Positions 10,365 through 18,653 of a DNA stretch of 64,000 nucleotides are shown one piece after another. The notes under the pieces were generated by a model. It searched no databases, was not told the DNA's origin, and worked only from the letters and a program-made list of their open reading frames with translations. The position numbers and the translations under genes are program-made. The DNA is from Sedimentisphaerales bacterium (GTDB lineage Bacteria; Planctomycetota; Phycisphaerae; Sedimentisphaerales; Anaerobacaceae), in NCBI GenBank assembly GCA_963708075.1, contig OY970194.1, positions 4,352,001-4,416,000 of the forward strand, given 5' to 3'. The first letter of the stretch is position 1; every line of letters starts with the position of its first letter.

Positions 10365-11537
10365 CTACTTCTTCATGGGCATCCACTTCTGCTTGCTCTT
10401 GGAGCTGGCGACGACGGTCTCGATGAAGAGCATGCCTCGTACGCCGGAATTCACGTTCGGGAAGTCCAGGGCCAGCTCGCTCGGCTTCTCGCCGGCGATA
10501 TGGCACTTCACAGTCTCGGCGAAATTCATGTAGTTGTTGGCGAAGGCTTCGAGGAAGGCTTCGGGGTGGCCGGAGGGCAGGCGGGTGCCGCGACCGGCGC
10601 CGGCGCTGTAGGCGCCGACGTAGCCGTTGCCCCTCTTCCAGACCTCTTCCGGCTTGTCCATCCGACGCACGTACAGGTAGTTCGGGTGTTCCTGGTGCCA
10701 TTCCAGGCTGGCCTTTTCGCCATGGACCCAGATGGCCAGGTTGTTCTCCTCGCCGATGGCGATCTGGGTGGCGTGCAGGACGCCGCTGGCGCCGTTGTCG
10801 AACTTCAGGAGGCAATTGCAGTCGTCATCGAGCGGCCGTCCGGGGACGAACGTGGACAGGTTGGCGCAAATCTGGGCGATCTTCAGCCCGCTGATGTACT
10901 CGGCCAGGTTGGCCGCGTGCGTGCCGATATCGCCGACGCAGCCGCCGGCGCCGCTCTGCTTCGGGTCGGTCCGCCAGCTTGCCTGCATCTGCCCGGTCTT
11001 CTCCAGGGCCGTCGCCAGCCAGCCCTGCGGGTACTGGACGACGATCTTGCGGATGTTGCCCACGTCGCCCTTGCGGACCATGTCACGGGCCAGCTTGACC
11101 ATGGGATAGCCCGTATAGTTGTGCATCAGACCAAATACCAGGCCCTTCTTCTGGACCAGCTTCTGCAACTCCTTGGCCTCCTTGGAGGTAAGAGTCATCG
11201 GCTTTTCGCACATGACGTGGAACCCGGCCTTGAGGAAGTCCCGGGCGATCGGGAAGTGCCAGTTGTTGGGCGTAGTCACGGAGACAAAGTCAACGCGCTC
11301 TCCAACCGGTAGCGCCAGTTCCGCTTTGATCATCTCATCATAGGCGCTGTATACGCGATTGGGATTCAGGGCCAGGTGCTTGCCCATTTCCTTGGACTTC
11401 GCGGGATTGATATCGAACGCTCCGGCCACAAGCTCGATCTCCCCATCCAGACGCGAGGCCTTGCGATGGACCTCGCCGATGAATGCCCCCGGGCCCCCGC
11501 CGATCAAACCCATTCTCAACTTCCGGTCGAGTTTCAT
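10365..11537 (-). CDS. Gfo/Idh/MocA family oxidoreductase (cytoplasmic)
   Basis: GLIGGGPGAFIG, CEKPM, DIGTHA, PSGHPEAF; AAGGAG RBS before the ATG at 11537. Confidence 0.9.
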   Translation of the reverse strand: MKLDRKLRMGLIGGGPGAFIGEVHRKASRLDGEIELVAGAFDINPAKSKEMGKHLALNPNRVYSAYDEMIKAELALPVGERVDFVSVTTPNNWHFPIARDFLKAGFHVMCEKPMTLTSKEAKELQKLVQKKGLVFGLMHNYTGYPMVKLARDMVRKGDVGNIRKIVVQYPQGWLATALEKTGQMQASWRTDPKQSGAGGCVGDIGTHAANLAEYISGLKIAQICANLSTFVPGRPLDDDCNCLLKFDNGASGVLHATQIAIGEENNLAIWVHGEKASLEWHQEHPNYLYVRRMDKPEEVWKRGNGYVGAYSAGAGRGTRLPSGHPEAFLEAFANNYMNFAETVKCHIAGEKPSELALDFPNVNSGVRGMLFIETVVASSKSKQKWMPMKK

Positions 11538-11647
11538 ACCTGCTCCTTTCAAATCAGCATTGCTTTATGGACGAAGATTGTTCGATGCATCTGTTCAAGG
11601 GACTCGTACCCCCAAACGCGTTGCCTCCTACACGCAAATCCTCACCA

Positions 11648-11675
11648 ATTATAGGGACCGACGCCCGCAACGCAA
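11648..11675 (-). promoter_or_regulatory. Putative sigma70 promoter of the sugar-catabolism cluster
   Basis: Minus strand TTGCGT-16 nt-TATAAT. Confidence 0.4.
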
Positions 11676-11802
11676 CCTAAAAAGGCCGCTTCTATGCAGG
11701 CGGAGCGGTCTCTGGCCGCCCAATATACTGCGTGACAGGCCCACCCGCAAGCCCCTCCTGAAAGTCACAATTACCCCATTTCCGGGCCCCCGCCCCCGGC
11801 TT

Positions 11803-11883
11803 CGGGTGCCATGTCCACGCTCGCGTGGACATGCCTCATCTCACAAGGGACACATGCTTACGCAAGCCTAAGCATGCCACCCG
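11803..11883. repeat. ~80-bp double-hairpin REP/MITE-like element, copy 1
   Basis: CGGGTGCCATGTCCACG..CGTGGACATG..CATGCTTA..TAAGCATGCCACCCG; a second copy lies at 19871-19950. Confidence 0.8.
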
Positions 11884-11898
11884 GCACACAGCTTGGAC

Positions 11899-14800
11899 TC
11901 ACGGGCGGGTGTCGTCGATCTTCTTGTAGTGCTCCGCTTCCTTGTTCGATAGTCGTCCCTGCTCGATCAGGGTACGGATGCGTTGGAGGTCCACGTCTCT
12001 GGGCTGGCCCGCGACGCCGGCGGTGGCGGCCGGGCCCTCCAGCACTGTCGGCATCGCGCGGCGCAATTGACTGGTCGAGACACCCGCCATGAGCACGCCC
12101 GCGATCAAGACAATCGCGAGAAGCGGATACGGCGTGGTCCCTCGCGCAGAGACGCAGAATTTTGTATCTCCGCTCTGTGTGGCAGGGTGTCGGCAGCGGT
12201 CACAGTGGATGCAGTCTACGTGTTCGCTCGCCGTCACGCCGAATTCGCAGCGGCCGAACCGCTTGGCCGGCAGCCACCGCTTCAACAGCATGAAGTGATT
12301 CAGCAGCGATAGGAACGCCCCCGCCGGGCACAAGTACCGGCACCAGAAGCGAACGACCAATACGGAGCCGGCCAGTGCGATAATCAGGACGAGCCACATC
12401 CATCCAGGCCAACTCAGGATGCCCAGTGAAGACTGAAGACTGAAGATCCTGATGAGCGGATCGCCCGAGAGCGTTGTCCGGTTGCGAGACAGGAAGAACG
12501 CGAGGATCATCACGAAGAGCACGGCATAACGCACAAAGCGGGCAGGCCGCATTTGCGTGTCTGGAACAGCCGGCCTGAGACGTCGCGGCAGGAGGTATCC
12601 GAGCAGTTCCTGCGCCGCCCCGAAGGGACACACGTAGCCGCAATAGAGATTGCCGAAAAGGAGCACCAGCAGCGGCACGCCGAGGACCAGCAGGAATGCC
12701 CCGGTCCATCCCACCGCCGGCGTCTCCAGGGACAGCAGTGTCACGATCTGCTCGCTGGAGTATTGGGCGTTGAGCACGAGGCCGCCCAGGACGAGCGTGA
12801 GGATGAGCACTGCCAGCCGGCTCCGGAACCCGCCCCACAAGGTCACGAGGACGGCCGCCGCGAAAGCCAGTGGAAGATACAGGCCGGCGAGGTTCGGCAC
12901 ATATCGCATCCATGCCGCAGCAGGTTCGGAGTGTTCGCCGGGCGCTGCTATATTCTTGCCGAGCACCTGTACTGCGAATCGTCGCGATGATTCCCGCAGC
13001 GCCGCCAGGATGGCTTCGGAGCTGATCGTAGCGCCCGTGACCGTGTTGACGCCCGCGAACGGCTGAGGCACAAAGAGACTTCTTCCTTTGAGGCCGGTGA
13101 GCCAGCCACGGATGAGGTCGAGGTAGCTTGGCGTTTCGTTGGACTGTACGATCAGGAAATCGACGAGCGTGCCATTCTCGTCGATGTGCATCGCGAGGTT
13201 GATCTTTCCGCCGAAGCCCCGCACGGCGGGCGCAAAGTCGGCGGAGCTGAGAACATAGCCGGTCGGTGGTCCGCCGGCCTGTGAAAGAACGAAGTAGCGT
13301 GCGCGCTTGCCGCTGCCCGGCAATGTCACGGCTGCTTCCGTGGCATCCTGCCCCCCGGCCAGGACCTGCACGGCATACTCGGGCAAGGCTGATTGCAGTC
13401 GCGCGCTCGCCGCGGTCAATGCGTTGGAGCTGATGACGATCCACGCCGCGATGCCGAAGAGAGCGTATCCCGTGTATGCCATCCATGGCCGCCCGGTCCG
13501 CACCGAGGCGGCAGGCTCGCGCCGCCACAGGGCCGCACCAGCAGCCGGGACATTCGCCAGGAGGAGGCCAATGAGGGCCAGCAACGTTGTCGCCGTGCCC
13601 AGCACAGGCAGCATCAGCAGACTCGCCGCCAAGCCGCCGACACACGCCCCGAGGTGATCGGCGGTTTCCAGCCGGCTGCCCGCCTCGCCGGGGTGAAAGC
13701 CCGCAGCCGTGAGCCCTGCGGCGGCCAGCGGCCAGTAACCCCCGCAACACAAGCCGCACAGGACGAAGATTGCCGCAAACAACCCGTGTCCCCCCGGCCA
13801 TCGCGTAAGCCCCCCAGCCATCGCCGCCAGCACCAGGGCATGGAGCGCAACCAGGCCGAGGAGTAGAGATGCCGAATGTCGCGTTTCCATTTTGACCAGC
13901 CGCCCGACGAAGGCGGCCCCGATTGTCAGGCCGACCATGAAGAGCGCGGAGATCACACCGATGTGCAGGTACAGCGAGCCGAAGCGGGTCTCGTAGAGGT
14001 ACATCAGGACGATCACCACGGCGATGCTGACCCAGCCGGTGGAGAACACCAGGAATGAGCCGTCGAAACTCGATTTGCTCTCGCCCCGCTGCTTCGTCAT
14101 GGACCACGTACGGAGGGCAACGAAGACCAGGACAGCCGCGAAGAACGGCCACAAGCCTGCAAGCGCCAGCAGCCTGACGAGCCGGGTCACCGAGGCCCCG
14201 GATTGCCGTGCCGCCAGCAGGAGGCTGTACAGATGCGTCAAGGGATGCGAATCGCGGTTGATCAGCAGACCTGTCGGTAGATCGACCTTTTCGTATCGTG
14301 CCATTGCCTGTGCCGCCCGGTCGGGCAGGTAGATCGACAGCAGCCCGGCCGGTGGGAAAATCCGATCGGCGCCTTTCACGGCCGCAAAGCGGTCCCGCAG
14401 GGTCGCCGGGTCACCCGTGAGAGCCGGGGCATCCGAGGCCAGCAGCCACGTTTCGTCGCCCGGGACGAGGACCAGGTGTGCGAAGACCTTTTCAAGCGTC
14501 AACTTCACTGATGCGCCAAGTGCAGCCAGCTCCGCGCCCATCACGTTCTCGCCGCCCGCGACGCTCACGCTAAGCACTCCGCCCGGCGTCAGTGCCTCCT
14601 TGATCCGTGCAAACGACTCCACTGTGAAATAGCGGTTGGAGGCGGAGTTGGTCACATCCGGCAGGTTCAAAATGATGAGGTCAAAACGATCCGGCGTGCC
14701 GGCAAGATACGGACGCAGCTCCTCCACAACCGGCTGGAACCGATCGTCATCGATCTGAAACTGCGCCAGCACACACCCATGCACCCGCGCGACATACTCG

Positions 14801-15765
14801 CTATCCGCATGCGCCCAGGCGACGCGCTCGACTTGCGGCAACAAGAGGAACCGGCCGCACAGCCCAAGTCCCGAGCCGATGACAAGGACCCGCTTCGCGC
14901 CGGGCTTCTGACAGAGAGCCACAGCCGCCGCTTGTCCGGTCGCCTCGTTCGGCAGCGATTCGCACGCGGCCCCGTCGCGAACGACTACCCACTGACCATG
15001 GTACTCGCCGTAGAGGTATTCCGCCTGGGCCGTCTGCAAAGCGCCCCGATATGCATCCCGCGGAAGCAGCCTCGTCCACTTCAGAAGCCTCATCTGCTGC
15101 GCGAGATGGCCGTCCATCCCGCCGACCAGACCGAGAACGAATAGGAGCATGAAGACCAGAGAGACTCCTCTTGCAGCACGCGGCTTGGAGCCCACGCATA
15201 ATGACGCGAGCACCGATGCGGCCAAGGCAATCGTCACGAAGAAGATGAGTCGCACAGCGTCCACGTGCAGGGCCAGGAGCACCGTCACGGCAATGCCGCC
15301 GAGGAAGCTGCCGACCGCCTCAAGGATGTATACGCGGGAGACCGGGAAGGCCTGCATCTCTTCGATCCATCGGCAGGCCAGCGGGAACAGCAGGCCTGTC
15401 ACGAGACTCACCGGCGCATTGACGACCAGCGACCAGAAGACAATCGCCTGGACGGACATCAGATCGTAGGAGGCAAGGCCCGCCAGCCCGCGCACCTGGA
15501 GGATCAGCAGGAGCTGGATGGCGAGGGCGGGAATGTAGATCAGGAAGAGGAGCTCTATGTGCCGCAGGAGGACCTGTGCCAGGCGGCCCCAGCGGCGCAC
15601 CAGCATCGCGCCCAGGCCGATCCACAGGAACCACGAGCCGAAGAAGACGCCGACGCTGATGTCGTTACCTTCAAAGGCGGTGACGAACTCGCGGAACAGC
15701 AGGGTCTGTGCGACGACAGTGAACAGGCCGTATGCGACGATCAGTAGGCCGCGGGCGAATCTCAT
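11899..15765 (-). CDS. 1288-aa polytopic membrane fusion: TM + spermidine-synthase-like SAM-fold + TM + FMN-binding (flavinylation) + NosR/NapH-type 4Fe-4S module
   Basis: RVLVIGSGLG, FDLIILNLPD, ALTPGGVL; RGFGGKI, ETPSY, NTVTGATISS; CGYVCP, WCRYLCP, CIHCDRC. Confidence 0.8.
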   Translation of the reverse strand: MRFARGLLIVAYGLFTVVAQTLLFREFVTAFEGNDISVGVFFGSWFLWIGLGAMLVRRWGRLAQVLLRHIELLFLIYIPALAIQLLLILQVRGLAGLASYDLMSVQAIVFWSLVVNAPVSLVTGLLFPLACRWIEEMQAFPVSRVYILEAVGSFLGGIAVTVLLALHVDAVRLIFFVTIALAASVLASLCVGSKPRAARGVSLVFMLLFVLGLVGGMDGHLAQQMRLLKWTRLLPRDAYRGALQTAQAEYLYGEYHGQWVVVRDGAACESLPNEATGQAAAVALCQKPGAKRVLVIGSGLGLCGRFLLLPQVERVAWAHADSEYVARVHGCVLAQFQIDDDRFQPVVEELRPYLAGTPDRFDLIILNLPDVTNSASNRYFTVESFARIKEALTPGGVLSVSVAGGENVMGAELAALGASVKLTLEKVFAHLVLVPGDETWLLASDAPALTGDPATLRDRFAAVKGADRIFPPAGLLSIYLPDRAAQAMARYEKVDLPTGLLINRDSHPLTHLYSLLLAARQSGASVTRLVRLLALAGLWPFFAAVLVFVALRTWSMTKQRGESKSSFDGSFLVFSTGWVSIAVVIVLMYLYETRFGSLYLHIGVISALFMVGLTIGAAFVGRLVKMETRHSASLLLGLVALHALVLAAMAGGLTRWPGGHGLFAAIFVLCGLCCGGYWPLAAAGLTAAGFHPGEAGSRLETADHLGACVGGLAASLLMLPVLGTATTLLALIGLLLANVPAAGAALWRREPAASVRTGRPWMAYTGYALFGIAAWIVISSNALTAASARLQSALPEYAVQVLAGGQDATEAAVTLPGSGKRARYFVLSQAGGPPTGYVLSSADFAPAVRGFGGKINLAMHIDENGTLVDFLIVQSNETPSYLDLIRGWLTGLKGRSLFVPQPFAGVNTVTGATISSEAILAALRESSRRFAVQVLGKNIAAPGEHSEPAAAWMRYVPNLAGLYLPLAFAAAVLVTLWGGFRSRLAVLILTLVLGGLVLNAQYSSEQIVTLLSLETPAVGWTGAFLLVLGVPLLVLLFGNLYCGYVCPFGAAQELLGYLLPRRLRPAVPDTQMRPARFVRYAVLFVMILAFFLSRNRTTLSGDPLIRIFSLQSSLGILSWPGWMWLVLIIALAGSVLVVRFWCRYLCPAGAFLSLLNHFMLLKRWLPAKRFGRCEFGVTASEHVDCIHCDRCRHPATQSGDTKFCVSARGTTPYPLLAIVLIAGVLMAGVSTSQLRRAMPTVLEGPAATAGVAGQPRDVDLQRIRTLIEQGRLSNKEAEHYKKIDDTRP

Positions 15766-17345
15766 TCCTGCTCACCGAAGACCTCGGCCTGGAAGACCTG
15801 GAAGCTCGCCCCGTCCTTCCAGGCGTCCGGGGTCAGCCCCGCCTTCATTGACAGGTTCGTCAGCGTCGTCTCCAGGTCCCAGCCCTGCTCCGGTGCAACC
15901 TGCGGCAGGAACACAGCCGAGCGGCCGTCCTTGCTCAGGACCACGCCGTCCGTGCCGATGCGAATTGCCTGGGCCGATGCCACGGGCGATGGCGGCGTCA
16001 GGGCCGAGATCTCGATCTTGATCTCACTACATTCATCCTTCTGCACCTGTGTGAATCGCCGATCGGCGAAGGCGGCGTAAATCGCGTTGGTGATCACGGA
16101 CTTGTACAAAGGCCGCTGCGGGAAGATATCGCCGATGCAGCCGCGCAGCTCGCCGCGTTTCTTCAACGTCACGAAGGCCGCCCGTGGAACCTTGACCGCC
16201 TCACTGCACGTGATGCCCAGGTCCGCCGGCTCAGGTATCCGCTGCTTGTCCAGGGTGTACAGGATCGTCTTTCGCGCCAGTGAGAGCAGGACCTTCTTGT
16301 CCTCGGGCGAGAGCACGCCGTTAGTCGCCTGTGCAGCGAGCGGCTGTGACGGCTGCCAGGCGCCGTGGAAGGCCGCCGAGACGTAGCTGACGGAGTTCGC
16401 GTAATCGTTCGTCAGCTCGCCGGAGGTGGTGTACTCGACCAATTGGGCCTCCGCCCCGCCGGGCAGCGCAGCAAGCAGGATTGAGATCGGCACGTAGCCG
16501 CAAATCGTGACGCCCGTCTTTTGCCTGTACTCCAGCAGGCCGCGAGGGTCTTTCTTGCTGATGAACGCGAACGCGTCCATGTCGAGCTTCTTGATGCTCG
16601 CCGGAATGTCCTTCGTGAACGGGGCATACTGATACTGCGGGCCGTAGTGGGTGAAATCGGAACTGGCGACCACCAGCGTGTCTTTGTCGATCAGGCCCGC
16701 CAGAATCTTGCCGGCTTGTGCGACAGTCTCGTAGGAGCACTGCCCCGCCACAATCGGCACGAGCTTGAAATCCCCGAGCTTGTATTGCAACAGCGGGATT
16801 TCGATCTGGACGCTGTGTTCCTGTTCGTGGGCCGCCGGCACGTCCTGGAATATCGGGTATTTCAGCAACTGCCGGACGAATTCCACGTCCAGCGGTACTT
16901 CGCCCAGCGGCGACTGGTAGTGCGTGGCTCGCATCACGCTGAGCATGTCCTCCATGGGCAGGCGATGCGTCGGGCCGATCACAATGACGCGGGTATAGTT
17001 GCGTCCGAGCGACTTGACGGCGTGGGCGGCGGTCCGGCCGGAGTACTTGTAGCCGGCATGCGGCAAGATCAGGCCGACGATGTCGTCACGAGCCTCCGCC
17101 TGGACCTGCTCGAAATAGCCTGCGATCTCCGCGCGCAGCGCGCCGGGATCAGCGGCGTACCACGTGCCCGCCAGCGTCGATCGCATCACCTCTTTCACTG
17201 GGCTCGCGGCGGCCTTGTCCTCTACCGCGACAGCTTTCGCCGCGGCCGGTTGCTCGGGTGTCGCCCTCCTGCATGAGATCATCCCGGCGCCTGCCAGCAG
17301 CAGAGCGATTACCGCCAGAATAGGCTTTTTCCACCATCGATTCAT
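15762..17345 (-). CDS. amrB/amrA: AmmeMemoRadiSam system protein B (MEMO1-like) / protein A (AMMECR1-like) fusion, probable lipoprotein
   Basis: AGTWY, PHAGYKYSG, GPTH, EHSVQIE, SSDFTHYG (MEMO1-like); FVTL, LRGCIG, DRRF, FLPQVA (AMMECR1-like); N-terminus MNRWWKKPILAVIALLLAGAGMISC. Confidence 0.9.
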   Translation of the reverse strand: MNRWWKKPILAVIALLLAGAGMISCRRATPEQPAAAKAVAVEDKAAASPVKEVMRSTLAGTWYAADPGALRAEIAGYFEQVQAEARDDIVGLILPHAGYKYSGRTAAHAVKSLGRNYTRVIVIGPTHRLPMEDMLSVMRATHYQSPLGEVPLDVEFVRQLLKYPIFQDVPAAHEQEHSVQIEIPLLQYKLGDFKLVPIVAGQCSYETVAQAGKILAGLIDKDTLVVASSDFTHYGPQYQYAPFTKDIPASIKKLDMDAFAFISKKDPRGLLEYRQKTGVTICGYVPISILLAALPGGAEAQLVEYTTSGELTNDYANSVSYVSAAFHGAWQPSQPLAAQATNGVLSPEDKKVLLSLARKTILYTLDKQRIPEPADLGITCSEAVKVPRAAFVTLKKRGELRGCIGDIFPQRPLYKSVITNAIYAAFADRRFTQVQKDECSEIKIEISALTPPSPVASAQAIRIGTDGVVLSKDGRSAVFLPQVAPEQGWDLETTLTNLSMKAGLTPDAWKDGASFQVFQAEVFGEQE

Positions 17346-17346
17346 A

Positions 17347-17571
17347 TCAACCGCTCCACTTTGACTCTGTGTAAACGTCCCCCATCGGCACCACCCTGCC
17401 GGGGTACGTACCAGGTCTCGTAGGGTGGGCTGTGCCCACCATCTTTTGCTTATGCCCATAGGAATCGGTGGGCGAAGCCCACCCTACCGCGATGCAAGCC
17501 AGCAACCGCAAGCCAACAACGAACAGCCAAAGACCAGCAACCAATCTTCCGATGAAGCCTCTTCGCGTCAT
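17347..17571 (-). CDS. Small 74-aa protein with RR motif and hydrophobic stretch, translationally coupled inside the operon
   Basis: ATG overlaps the radical SAM stop (ATGA, 17568-17571). Its stop is 1 nt before the next ATG. Reads MTRRGFIGRLV...YPGRVVPMGDVYTESKWSG. Confidence 0.7.
   Translation of the reverse strand: MTRRGFIGRLVAGLWLFVVGLRLLACIAVGWASPTDSYGHKQKMVGTAHPTRPGTYPGRVVPMGDVYTESKWSG
17420..17487. repeat. GTAG-type REP doublet (REPIN-like) inside the small ORF
   Basis: GTAGGGTGGGCTGTGCCCACC ... GGTGGGCGAAGCCCACCCTAC inverted pair. Confidence 0.85.
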
Positions 17572-18605
17572 CTCCAGACTCCGTAGATTTCGTGCGTACA
17601 ATCGGGGCAGCGGCCATCCTTCAGGCGGCTCTGCAGAACGGAATTCCCGATCCGCTGGATCAGCAGCTTGTTGCAGCCCGGACAATATGTGTTCTGGCCC
17701 TTCTCGCTTCGCTGGTTCCCGATATAGACATACTTCATCCCCTCGCCAATCGCCAGATCGCGGGCCATCTCCAGGGTCTGCGCGGACGTCGGCGGCAGGT
17801 GTTGCATCTTGTACATCGGGAAGAAGCCCAAAAAGTGCAACGGCGTCTCGGCGCCCATGTTCGCCTTTACCCAGCGGGCCAGTTCCCGAATCTCCTCGGG
17901 CTTATCGTTCAACGTCGGGATCACGAGATTGGTCACTTCGACCAGCACGCCCATGGACTTGGCGACAACCATGGCCGTCTGGATGGGCTTCAAGGTCGCG
18001 GAGCACACGTCCCGGTAGAACGCATCCGAGATTGACTTGAGGTTGATGTTGGCGGCGTCGACGTACTCCAGGAGCTTTCGCCACGGGGCTTCATTGATGT
18101 AGGCGGCCGTCACGAGCACGTTGCGGAGGCCGGCTGTCTTCGCGAGCGTGGCCGTGTCATACGTGTACTCGTAGTACGTAATCGGCTCGGTGTAGGTGTA
18201 CGCGATGGACGGGCACTTGTACTGCCGGGCGAGCGCCACGACCTTCTCCGGGGGACACGCGACCGCCTGGCTCTCCTCCGGATTGGCCTGCGGAACCTCC
18301 CAGTTCTGGCAGTTCTTGCAGTGCAGGTTGCAGCCGACGGTGGCCAGCGAAAAAATCTGCGCGCCGGGCAGGAAATGAAACAGCGGCTTCTTCTCCATCG
18401 GGTCGATGTTCACCGAGCATGGATAACCGTACACTACGCAGCGCAGGACGCCGTCCACGTTCACGCGGACCCTGCACTCGCCGCTCTGACCGGGAGCGAT
18501 GACGCAGCCTTTCGGACACAGCTCGCACTCAACTTTGGATTTACGAATTGCCATTTGCGATTTACTATTTGCCCGGGTCCGCTGGGTGGCGGTCCCCGTG
18601 GCCAT
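17568..18605 (-). CDS. amrS: AmmeMemoRadiSam system radical SAM enzyme
   Basis: CELCPKGC, DPMEKKPLFHF, GCNLHCKNCQNW (CxxxCxxC), AYTYTEP, YVYIGN, C-terminal CPGC/CPDC. Confidence 0.92.
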   Translation of the reverse strand: MATGTATQRTRANSKSQMAIRKSKVECELCPKGCVIAPGQSGECRVRVNVDGVLRCVVYGYPCSVNIDPMEKKPLFHFLPGAQIFSLATVGCNLHCKNCQNWEVPQANPEESQAVACPPEKVVALARQYKCPSIAYTYTEPITYYEYTYDTATLAKTAGLRNVLVTAAYINEAPWRKLLEYVDAANINLKSISDAFYRDVCSATLKPIQTAMVVAKSMGVLVEVTNLVIPTLNDKPEEIRELARWVKANMGAETPLHFLGFFPMYKMQHLPPTSAQTLEMARDLAIGEGMKYVYIGNQRSEKGQNTYCPGCNKLLIQRIGNSVLQSRLKDGRCPDCTHEIYGVWR

Positions 18606-18641
18606 TCATAAATCGTAATTCGTAATTCATAAATAGTAAAT
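18539..18641. repeat. Two inverted tracts of degenerate AT-rich heptamer repeats (AAATCGT/AATTCGT/AAATAGT)
   Basis: 18539-18570 GATTTACGAATTGCCATTTGCGATTTACTATTT-like tract and 18608-18641 ATAAATCGTAATTCGTAATTCATAAATAGTAAAT. Confidence 0.7.
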
Positions 18642-18653
18642 GGTGCTGCGGTC

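Noticed and set aside
11679..11712. Possible intrinsic terminator
   Set aside because: The stem has mismatches on the strand that carries the U-tract.
17346..17459. Extended N-terminus of the amrB/A ORF (start 17459)
   Set aside because: It runs through the REP and overlaps the small coupled gene. The ATG at 17345 gives a clean signal peptide.
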